Origin: Phoronis australis
Taxonomy: Eukaryota > Animalia > Phoronida
DNA: 64,000 nt
Direction of reading: 5' to 3'
NCBI GenBank assembly: GCA_002633005.1
Contig: NMRA01000313.1
Span: 1 to 64,000 of the forward strand
Under the pieces are notes generated by a model, which worked only from the letters and a program-made list of their open reading frames with translations, searched no databases and was not told where the DNA came from. Position numbers and translations under genes: made by a program. Below are positions 24,101 through 36,100 of this stretch, piece after piece. The first letter of the stretch is position 1, and each line of letters opens with the position of its first letter.

Positions 24101-27100
24101 CGGATGAAACAAGATTTAAATGTGTGCAGATTTAGTGTTTGGGGGGCTCAGATCCAATTTCAAGTGTCAAATTCGGAACACGGCGCAATCGTAACGGAAC
24201 TATGGCTAAGTATACGCTCTCCCGCAATATCTCAGGCGACCGGCAGTGGCTTTGCGCACTACGACTCCGTTTCCGTCGTCTGCTCCACTCAAGAAAATTT
24301 ACTTCATTTTTTAAATAAAGTGGAACGTGAGTGACGATGAAAAAACAGAAGCTGCTGGTAAGATGTGAATTTTAATCGAAACCTTAGTGAATCACTCAGA
24401 AACTTATAATTCTCTCTTTGTCAAATCTTAACTTAAGACGATTTCCAAAACAATACCGTCATTATTCCCAACACGAAAAACGGATTTGGTCTTTTGGGCA
24501 TTTGAAGACTATTTTAAATTCAACAAATTTGTTACGAACCGATTGCACAAAATATAAAACGTGTAATAAGCATTACAAAAAGAAGTACATGTAGGTTTCG
24601 TGAGCAAACGCTGCGGACTATAAACACGTAGGTCTCATAGTATCAGCTTAGAAGTTAAGTCGTGGTGGTGTAGTGGTAGAGCACGCGCGCTCTATCCGCC
24701 AGGTCGTGAGTTCGAGTCTTTGGTATTTGCAGTTTTCCTGTTTGACACGGTCTCCGTGTTTTTGTTTTGCCTTTTTTTCTTGGATAATACTTCAGGAATC
24801 AAGGAAAATGCTTGACTTTTAGAGGAAAAAAACAAAAAAATTTCCTGGGCGGGATAGGGGCAAACCCCCCTCCCGACCTCCCCCATTCGGTTATGTGCGC
24901 AAATGCTTAGAGACAAAATGTTGAACCCCCCTTGTGATACGCCACTGGCTACCCGTGTGTAAAGGATTTGCGTGATGTACAATATTCATAACTGCGAAGT
25001 TTTTATTTTAGCGAAAATGTGAAAAGTACTGGCCAGAATCAACGAAAAACGAACACCACGGTGACATTGCTGTGACTCTGAACAAAGAAGAGGTGCTACC
25101 GGATTACACTATCAGGACTTTGACTTTCAATGTAAGTAGCTAATTGCAATGGTTTGGTGTCATTTTGACCATTTTACTTTACACGTGTTCTGTGTGGTAT
25201 ATTATGGTGTTAGACTCCTTGCCATACTTGGTCCGGAGCTATATCATTCGCCTAATTCCAGTTGTTCAACCATGCATTCACCCAGAATCATCAACCATGT
25301 TACTTCAACTCCCTCTCCCGGAGGCTTTCTGTCATTACGTGTCTGCATTCAAGTTGCTCTAGCCAGGTCGCAGTCATAACGGACTGACCCTGAGAAAAAT
25401 TGGGATTTATCATCTCTTAATTTGCTCAAGCAATCTAATTCACGCGTTTCTGTCAGTTAATGAAACCTCGTAATGCTTTACTTATGACAACGTTTACATG
25501 TACTCCTTACGGAGGTTTGCAACATCAACATGATCAGGGTCTATTCCTTAGGAACCGGGTATATCACGTGTTGAGTTTTTTCAAAGACAGTGCTGTTTAA
25601 AATGTGCAAGCATGACCGCCCTCTAGAAAGACGTGGACAAGTGCAGAAGACACACTTACTCAGAGCTTGCATTTCATCGCTAGATAGCTCATTAGAAAAT
25701 CTTACACCATCTGCTTCCTTAGGCATTACATTAATTGATATATTTGGCTTCATTTGTTTACTTTGGACACCTCCATCACTTCAGTCAAACGTCAAGCGTA
25801 TAGCCATCTACCTTGATATGTTTCCTTCGGTGAAGTGGCTATTGAATTAATAGATAGTTGATTGAACAGGTAGTAAAAGAACATTTCAGTCAGCGCCTCA
25901 TCCAGATTTTTAAGGCCAATCCCTCGCTACAAGGAGTTATATTTGAGTGGTCAACGATTGCGCACTTCGTGAAAACAATCTATTGACAATCTAGTGTTAA
26001 CGTTGTCTCTGGTGAAAGTTTTGTATTTGTTTCAGAGGTGCGGTGATTATAGAAGTGTGACCCAATTTCACTTCACGGTGTGGCCGGACCACGGCGTTCC
26101 TAAGGTTGCAACGTCCCTCCTTAACTTTAGACGTAAAGTGCACCTACAAGACGGCACGAAAGAGGGCCCAGTCATAGTACACTGCAGGTAGAAAATAAGA
26201 GGAACGGATGTTCTTTCACTATTTCAATCTACATTACGGACTGTTCTGAGTAAACAATGAAGCGAGGCCTATCATATGTTACCCTTGTGAAGTCCCACGA
26301 GCGCATAGCCAGTGTGGCAGAAATCCGTGCAAAAGCAGCCTTCTCTACAATGTGTTTGTGATCCTGTTCCACGAATGGTGCCGTGTTTAAATCAGTGTTA
26401 TCAAACTGGGTCCTCAGGAAGCAAACGGCTCATGCACGCAAGGGTACATGTACATTCACGATGCCAAGCTTTTGAGTCAATCCTTAAGTCCTTTACACAC
26501 CCTAGAACAACTAGCACCAGACAGTGTAACTTGCCCCAGTTTAAAGTCCTTGTTGCAAACTGCCCATGTGGTTCTAGTATCCGAAAATACTTACTACATA
26601 AATTCCTATTTTCGACACCCTTTCTTTATGTTCTTTTCGCCTTTCTTGCCAAAAGCGATTTTTTAACAGTATTTGACCCTTCTCTCTGAGCGTATGATTA
26701 CCGGTTGTCATCGGTTATTTCCGTGCTCACATTTCCGGCTCATCAGTTCAGGAACTTGTCCTGAACGCCGCCATTTTTTCCTTGTAACTGAATGTGCTAT
26801 GGCTAGCTCGAAAAGTCTTCATTATTTTGTTTCATTAGTAATATATCGTGATTCGTTTGCATATGTAGTGTATTTATAGTTTGTAGTTAGTGGTCTTTGA
26901 TTTTTTTGGAATGTTACGCGTACTTAGTATGTTAAAATAAAATTGGTGTTCAGTTCCTTACGTAGGCGGGTCGAATCTAGGAACCAATATGGGTCGAACC
27001 AATTTTTTTTCGGTTTTATTTTTTTCCTCGTTTTGAAAAAGTACTTTACTATCATCGGAAAGGTAGTACATTCTACCCAGTAAAAATCGATAAGTATCAA

Positions 27101-30100
27101 AAATCGGGGCAAGCAGTGTAAAGTTATTGCAAGTTTTGTGGCGAAATTTGGGTCACTTTGTTTGGATCGCGTCGGCCATATTGGAGGACAGCGGGACAAG
27201 TTACGAGTTTAAAACTTTGTGTAAATTGTTTTCGCCAACAAATTACGGTGAAATTTAGCTAGACATATCTTTACTTACTATTCTGCACGATTCAACAGTG
27301 TTCACCAAATTTCAGCCTCGCAGTTGTTACTCATTAAGAGATAAACTTGTGTGCTCACATTCCCGTTGGACTTCGTCTCATTTCTGGCGGCACCTACAAT
27401 GTCGACATTTGCTGACCTGAAAGGCATGTTCAATCGGCTACTTTGTAATTTGTGAAGATTTAACGTTGATACATTTTGACAAACGTTGCTACAAAAAAGA
27501 AACTTTGTTCAATTTTCGTGTTTTTTGTGTTTGTCGCCAGCGACCAGTTAGGCCTAAGGGTAGTCTTGGCGCAAAGCTGGCGTGCGTTCAGTAGGCGCTA
27601 GGACCTAGGCTAGGACCTTGCAAAATCCTAGTCAAAGTCACATGTTCTCATTTAAAATACACGGCAATATCTCACGTAATCTCGCGAAGTCTTGCTTCTT
27701 AGCGAGGTCCTAGCGCTACTGAACGGGAGGCTGTATAGGCCTACTAACAAGCTGTATTTTGACTATAGTCTTCACTGGTAGCTGGTGACTGAGGCTAACT
27801 AAGGTCTGCCGCGGCAGTGTGACACAGGACTAACCAGCCCGTAATTTCATGCAAGTGTCTGAAACTACCCTTGAATATATGCAGCATTTATCATTTGACC
27901 ATTTTACTTCGACAAAACAGCTTGCAACCGCATGCATTTACCATTCGCCAGTGTCTGGTCTCGATCCGCACCGGGTCCGATAGGCTGCGGTCCCGAGTCT
28001 AGCAAAATAATTTCTGTCAAAATTTATTCGCCACATTTCTTCAGCAAATTCCATAAAATTGTCCGTAGTTTGATTTTATCAAAATTAAGGCGCGCTGTCG
28101 ATTTTTTTATCCCCGTTTGCTGGCTGGTAACAGTACAGGCACTGCTCCAGTCGCACTGACGGCGTTTTCTCGGCTTATGTTCCTGAATGAATTGTACTTC
28201 CGGGTTCGCAGCAAGTTCAAAATGGCGGTGTTTCTTCGGGTGCGAATCGTGAGTGGCGCGTTCATTTAAACTGTTTTCGAGTACGGATCGTGTATTAGTT
28301 ATGGGGTAGGTACTTCTTGGATCCTTATAACATCTTCTAACCATGTAATAAGGGTTAACAACGCGTGAGACAAGGACTTTAAGCGTATCGTCCACACACA
28401 TATATCTGTTCAGCTCTGCGCGTGCGTATCTTCGCAAAAAATACGAATGCGAATGCTGCTAAATCCCGTATGTAAACTCATTGCGAGAGCGCCCACAGTG
28501 TATCTTAAGATTACTCGCTATCCAGGTTTGAGGCCACACAGCAATTAGAAATAGTGCAAGGTAGCCTAGAACAAGTTACTCGAACTCGATATTGAATAAA
28601 TTGTGACAAGTGAGGCAAGTTGCAATACTTTAAATGGCGTCCAGACGGCACCCAAATGTGGTGACAATTCGTTCCAGGAGTAACTTGTTCTAGGGCAAGT
28701 CTGTTGTTGAACAGCACGTACATGTAAGCAACCCAATTGGCACAGCAAGCTTCCGGGTGTCTGGTCGATTCAAGTAATTCCTGCCTCCAGTTCAGCACCG
28801 CCAGTACCTCGCGAGATTACGTGAGATATTGCCGTGTATTTTAAATGAGAACACGTGACTTTGGTTAGAGTCTATCTAGGTCCTAGCGTAGGTCCTAGCG
28901 TTACTGAACGCACGCCTGGTGTAGTAGTTATTTGCATTGAGCTCTTATTATGAGCGCAGGCGAAGAGCTACCCGGCTCAAATGAAAATTTATTCAACTCT
29001 ATCATACCTCACGTCTGAGGCGAAATGAACGTTAAGGATTTTCCTTCGCGAGACTGTGTTGTAGATTTCTTTTACCTAGCGTGAGTAGATCCTGTCAGCA
29101 TGCGGGCCAGGTAAGCTAAGTACTTTAAATCCCCGTCACACCAGAGGCTCGTTGCCACTACCGTCCTTGGTCAAAACCGCCATGACCGTAGTGACACCGC
29201 CAATTAGTGTTTCATAGTTTTCCCCTACCCGTCACTCGTGTTTTTTCACGGTGCTACTGAGGGACCAGGACGGAACTACGGCAGTGTCACTGCGGACTTA
29301 GCGACCCCATTGAGTTACCACTGCGGATTTATGGCGGTGCCACGGCGATCATTGACGGCTGGTCTGCGGTGTTGGCGGCTGCACTGCGGGGCCAGTGAGG
29401 TGCCACTGCTGGGATGGCGGTACTATTGCGGTGCTACTGCAGTGGAGCTGCGTTAGCAGGACGGTTCCATGACGTAAGCGCGGCAGCTATATATGGGAGG
29501 TGGTTTTCGAAGGAATTCATTACCATTTTCGCTCCTGCTGAGGACGTTGCTACTGTTATTACCGTAGTTGTTATTACTGTTATTATTATTACTGTTACTA
29601 TCACTTAGTGATGCCGCCGAAAAGTGCTACAATGGGACGGACTGTCGGAGTGGGGAAAGCCAGCAAGAAGACACCTACTCCAACACCAGCAGATGATGAG
29701 TCTTCACATGATGAGCACGATGATGGGGCTGCTGGTGCTGAGTCTGACCACCAGTCCGCAGCCAGCCAACCAAAGAAGAAAAACGTCCACACCGATCTGA
29801 ATGAGGAGGAAGTAGAAGCCATGGCGGACTGGGTAGGTGACCATCCAGAGCTTTATCACAAGAAGTTAAGTGCTATATAAAAGATAAGGTGAGGAAGGAC
29901 GCGGCGTGGGCTAAGCAGGCAGCCAGATTTGATAAGCCAGTAGCATTCCTGCTGGCATGAATCCATCTCCACCAACATCTATTCAGAGGAATTGGTAATC
30001 TGCGTCAACAAGTCGCACCAACACCTCTGAATGAAATCCTTTATAATTGTGGAACAAGCTGAGTGCGGTTTGAAAATTGCGACGTGCTTCCCATCCAGAG

Positions 30101-33100
30101 CACGAAAGACATTTGGGACGTTCCAGCGATGCTAGAACTTGTCAGCTACAGCTTTCCATTCGTCTCGGGTCGTAGGGCACTGCTTCACCTCGTCTTTAAA
30201 CGCATCAACGATGGCCTTACAGACTTCTTTGACCAGCACAGATAGTGTGTTTGCTGGGATCCAGAAATCGAACTTCATGCTCGCGTATGTGTCTCCAGAG
30301 GCTAAATGGCAAAGAGTTATTAGGCCAGCTTCATCCCTAGGTCCAAGGCCTTTCTGTAGTTGGCGTCCTCCTTCGTGATAAGTGGTCCAACCCTGGCAAT
30401 TAACTCATCGAACATCTCGGACTGAATCCTGAGGAAATTCTTGAACGAGGCTGGATCCTCTCTTCTGAGTTTGACCATAAGCTGGTTGTAGTGGCCAAAC
30501 TGCTCACTTCTCACATCGCCCAGCCAAGGTCCTTCTTCGTCTTTCACGTCTTCTTGTTCTTCGCATCAGGGCAATCATTGGTTGCTCATCTTCTGCCTGC
30601 ACATGAGCAACTGCTGTGCAACAGTCAAATTTCTGTTATTATCTGTGATTCTGTTGAGCTTTCAATACTGGCTGTCGATCCGATTTCATTGAAGATTATT
30701 AGAACACTGAAATTTAAGCAGAAAACCGAAGCTTTTATACTACAAAATAGGCCCGCAGTAGCACCGTGCAAGCACCTCATTGCAACCTCAGTGGAAACGA
30801 CATTGCCATCACAAGCACCTCAATAACACCGCCGGCATCTCCATAGGAAGGCAATAGTGAGCGCAGTAGTATCGCCAAATTTTCTAAAATTCCTCCCTGG
30901 CTCTGCAGTGATACCCGCATACCATCAGTGCTACCGTGGTAGTACCGTGGTAGCATCGCCTTAATCGCAGTAGAACCGCCACACGGTATCTGTATGGTCG
31001 CTAGTCTATGTTTTCGGCAGTTGTAGGTCTACTGCGGAAGCACGGCAGTGATGGAGGTGCTACTGGGGTCCTTGTGCGGTGCCACGGCGGTCATGGCGGT
31101 GTCGCGACGATCCCACTGTGGATTGGGTCAACCCTCGGTGGCACTGCGGAAGTTTTGAACATGTACAAAGTTTCCGCCGTGCCGCCGCGATCAATGGCGG
31201 AACCATTGCGAAACCACGGCGATCATGGCGGTGCCACTGCGTTTTATACTGTACAGGCACCGCAGCGGCACCGCATCTCCTGTGTAACGGGGGTAGGCCT
31301 ATTACCGCACCTGACAAAAATCTCGAGTTTCCCGCGATCTGATTGGCTAGAATGAGTAGCTTGACCGACATGTAGGAACTGCATGTATATACGTTGTAAT
31401 TTGTCAAAAATATGTGCCCGTTTTGAGGACAAAAGAGAGCGTTCTCACTAGAGATTGTTCCTGAATTTGCAGTGAAACAAAATACACCGCGTCCATTCCA
31501 TAGTGTAACAGTGGTCATGACATCTCTTCGTGAACTCCGTTTGTACAATCGGCGTGTTGTTGTTTTGCAGTGCTGGTGTTGGTCGCACAGGCACCTACAT
31601 TGCTCTTGACTATTTGTTGGCACAGCATCGAGCAGAGGATGTATTGGATGTGTTCGGATGTGTACAGTTTCTTCGTAGCCAACGTGCCAACATGGTTCAG
31701 ACACTGGTAAGCTGCTGGAAATTTTTTGTGAATGCACCTCTGGTTGAAAAGCGTTCGAGTTCACCATTGTAATTCTTAAACTTATCAAAAATATTGTTAT
31801 TGATTTAAAGGATGGACCAAAACAAATACATTAATCAACCACAACTAAGGAATCCGATGTAGTTCACGTTTTGCTATAACTTGCTTTATACTCATTTTAA
31901 TTGTGAGATCTAGAGAGCATTTCGTAGACCTAGTTTCTTGTTTCGTTTGAAAAGCAAAATCACGTGAGTAAAAGGCATGTATTTTCAGTAGCGTACAGGC
32001 CTGTCCCAGCAAAATGGCTGCCATTAAGCCAGTGACCGGTGAGGTTGGAGTGTTGAATTCTGGGATTGAATTTACATTTTACGTTTCATAAGCGAGGCGT
32101 TTTTGCCACAAGTGCAAGTTGGTGCCCTGAGACTATGGATCTCAGGTCTGGCTTAAGGGAGTACTTATCTTACGTTATAACTTCAGACCAAGCTAAAAAA
32201 ACTCAAACTGGTCAGTTTATGCGTCGAACATGGTCTCGAGCAGTTACGGTCTTTAAGCTCATCCCTTTTACCAAAGTCAAAGTTGGGACAGTTGTAAGAT
32301 TGTACAGAAATGTGTCACACCGTTATATAACTTTTACAGAATCAGTACCACTTCCTGCACAATGCAGTAGCGGAGGCAATTAGATGCGGCGAAACTGCGA
32401 TACAGTGTTCAGAGGCGCAGACTCTCGTACCCGCATTAATGAAGAAGAACCGACAGTCGGGCAAAAGCACTTTGGTGACACAGTTTGAGGTAGTTTATAT
32501 GACTTGGTACTCCAATGACCAATAAACTGATCTAAAAATTGTATAAAGCACGAAGTTACTGATCCAAGGTACACAATTTGACCAATCGATGATTTCTCAA
32601 TTCTTATCGATTTGTTACAGTTGCTCCGAAAAGTGCATCAACTAGAGGTGGCTGATGATGATCGTAATAACGGCGACGACGATGATGACCCAGTCATCTT
32701 AGCTGCACTCATGGCTTGCAATGTCGGCAAAAATCGAGACAAAGAAATCTTTCCTAGTAAGTTTTTACCCAGCTCAATTTTACCTTCATGGTCCTCGAGC
32801 TCGATGTAACTTTTGCTTGGAATTCACAAATCCGTTGCAAAGTTCTTTGTCCTTGAACACAGGTCCACGCCATTGTCTAAGAAACGTTTCTTAGATATAA
32901 AATCAGTTGAGAAAAGGTGCGTTTTTTTAGAATATACACATAGATGTAACTGCTAGTTTTTGAGATAATTTCAAAAATTGTAGGGAGCGATATTCGCTGA
33001 TATAATTTCTTGGCTAGAAACTGGTCCCTGGTTCTAATCTGCGGTCTCGGGCACGATTCACACTCACGCATGAGCTTATGCCTTTCACGTTACATGATTT

Positions 33101-36100
33101 GAGTAAAAATATTTAAAATTACTCGAAGCGTGGAATTCAATGCTGAACTTTCACCTCGGCGCTCTCTAAAGTAATGAGAGCACGAAAGTGACTTCCGATT
33201 GATCCCTACTCACTTTTAGTGGACAGAATATCTATTACTACATAGTGTTTCATTAAAAGCAGCGGAATAAATTCCACTGTCTGTCTATTGTATTGTTTGA
33301 TTATTAAGCTCATTTAGCTTTTTGACACAGCCTGGAATCAAAATTCTCACGCTTTATCAGCGGCAGCCACAGTTGCTTTGTCGGCGGATACTTATTCGCA
33401 GTAGGAAATGTATGAAGCATGATATCCATTTTCATTCATTGATATTTCAAAAGGTTTGCCTTTTTCGTAGTACATCTCAACGCAAAGCAGTGGAAATTTA
33501 CCGCCATTACAATAGCAGGCAAGGTTTTAAAACTATAGGTGACGCTGAACTCCTATCCACCAAAGACCTGAACGCCGTCTGGCGGGTTACTGAATTTCAA
33601 TATGGCGCGGATATTTCAAAAGTCAGCTATTCGTCAATTTTCGAGTCGAGTTCACAGATTAGACCCGGGGCGTAGATTCGAGTTGAAATAGTTTCAAATA
33701 TCCTACTGATTTAAATGTAAACTGGCAGTTGTTAGTTTTCCTTGGGTAATTTCCGCTCATACGTTCGTAGTCTTTTGTAGCTTATTTAGGAACAGCTCAA
33801 GGGATTAGAAGAAACATTAAACAATTTCTTTCCATTTCGTTTCTGTTTGAGATAACGACAATCCCAACTTCGTGGTACTGAACTGTTTACTAGCGATTAT
33901 CAGCAGTTTGTACCAGAAGACACCTCACAAAAAGTTCACACGTAGTCAGTATCGTTACTTTGATTATACATTTTGACAACAGAATAGTCGGTCGTTACGT
34001 CCCATCAGTCACTGTCAAATGCGTTTCCGACAATTCCAGTGTTTTGGGGAGAAACTTTGACGGTTGGTATTCATAATGATTGAGAAATTATTATTTTCTG
34101 TTTGTCTCTCACGTGGGACCATTTGAAACTGGAGTATCATAATTTTGGGTAAAAAGATTCATTGTACGGATCACAATCAGGGTAGCCACTCGTATTTTCA
34201 TCATCACGTGGGCAATTTTGCTGTGAAAATGTTATCAGTGTATTTAATTAACATTCATTTGAAATCTGTCCATAATTCCAAGAAACTCGGCATTGACCGT
34301 CCTGGTGTAATTTAAAAGATTTAGGATAAAAGACCTAAACTTGCAGATAAACTAGTTCACTTTGTGAGACAAACATCATGATATACTGCTACAATGTATG
34401 TATTCACAATTTTGCCACTGGTTCTGTGTGAATCAACATTTTATAAGCATTTTTCATAGCAGTTTCATGGAAAAGTGCTTCTATAAATCAGAAAGCGAAT
34501 CGCGGAATTTCGTTCACGGCACGATTTGGTAGTATTATTTCCCACTATAGCTTGTTGTCTTACATGTACCATAACTATATCATAGCGCAAGTTTAAGGAC
34601 GGGGTTCACCGAGGGCATGTAATAAATGCCCCTAGGCCTATAATGATTATCTGGTGGTGTTCTTGCCAGCTTCTGTGGTTTGTCTCCTTTCTGGGTGTAC
34701 ACTATGAAAGGATTCCGAATATAATTTTCAACGAACTGTCGTCTACATACGTCAGTGCCAACTCCCATCACTTCATTGGGCAGCTCGTACAAAACGTTGA
34801 TGGGTGCAGCTTTTGTATGCCCTCTACTAACAGGAAATTGACATGGTACTTTGAAAAAGTTTGGGTTTTCTGTTTTTAAGAAAACTTTTCTGCAGCCACT
34901 GAAAGTCCTTTGTTTTTCAGGTAACTCGAACAGGCCAATCTTGATGACGCCAATTAAAGGTAGAGGAGATTATATCAACGCAACATATGTTGGAGTAAGT
35001 GTGCCGTGTCTCCTATGTCTTATAGCGCTGTTTTTTTTTCCAGTTGGAGTGTTTGAATTGCGAGGATCTTAAGTTAGTTGAATGTTTTTAAATGCAGTTG
35101 TAATGGTAAGTTCCACGAGGATAGCATCTTCCTCTGTATGTTTTACCAGCTTAACTTGAGAACTTACACAATTTCCACTACCCAAAGATCTGTAAAATTT
35201 AGGCACGTGTATTTTTGTCAAGTGAAGATACATCGAGGTAACATAACGTAAAATTGCCGGAAGGACTTGACAGGGACCTCAGGGGTCTCACACTCCACTG
35301 ATTTATCCACATTATTTTGAAAACGCTTTGCCCAGTCACACATTGTGTGTCATAAAAGAGATAAACATACCAGCAGCTGACGCAGCAAGTAGAACTACTC
35401 TCGTTTATCACATTGGTGTAGACTCATAGTTGAACTGTGGTTTTCTGTAGACCCCAGACCGTCCTGAGTTGCACCATATACCAACTCCGGACGGTCTCTC
35501 ACGACGATTAAGCGTTATGAATTATGATCGCCTGTGTATTCAAATAATGACGCTCTCTATTTATATTTGCCTAGTTTTTCAGTATTTGAAGTTATACAAG
35601 ACATATACATGAAGAGATAATTTCAGGGGGGATGCAAACGAGAAATTGTTAGCGGCTGGGTGAAATAAGTGGCGGTGACTGGGGCACTTTGCAATGAACA
35701 GAACAGGCATCCGTATTCAACGCGGGCTGAATACGGAAAATCTATATTCAACGCGCATTGAATACGGAAAAGTAGTTCTTCCATATCAAACTTCACAATA
35801 CGACATGTATTTCATGGACATATCATCACGCGTATAGGATAGATATGGGTTATACAATGTACGTGTTTGTTCCAGTGGTTATTATATCGAGATTTGTGAT
35901 ATCAGGAAGAGATAACCTCTTCCTGGTGATATACAAAAGTATTTGAACGAGGGCGTTCCGCAAAAGTTTCGAGTCGTCTACTTTAGCACTACACCACTTA
36001 GCATCTGACGTCATCGGACGTGAAAATAGAACACTTAAATGAGCACGCGCAACAATTGTGTGTTCAACAAAAGGCATTGTACCGACATTTATACGCTATG

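Larger units (their letters stand above)
29128..31301. mobile_element. Internally deleted PIF/Harbinger transposon
   Basis: TIR aatccccgtcacac / gtgtaacgggggta, TTA TSD (29125-29127, 31302-31304 once a ggccta scar is discounted), GC-rich subterminal repeats, convergent MADF and transposase remnants. Confidence 0.88.

Noticed and set aside
24659-24723. Functional tRNA gene
   Set aside because: A and B boxes are present but the acceptor and anticodon stems do not pair.
31008-31788. Several overlapping 80-242 aa ORFs
   Set aside because: They arise from GC-rich Harbinger subterminal repeats and the antisense of an RPTP exon.
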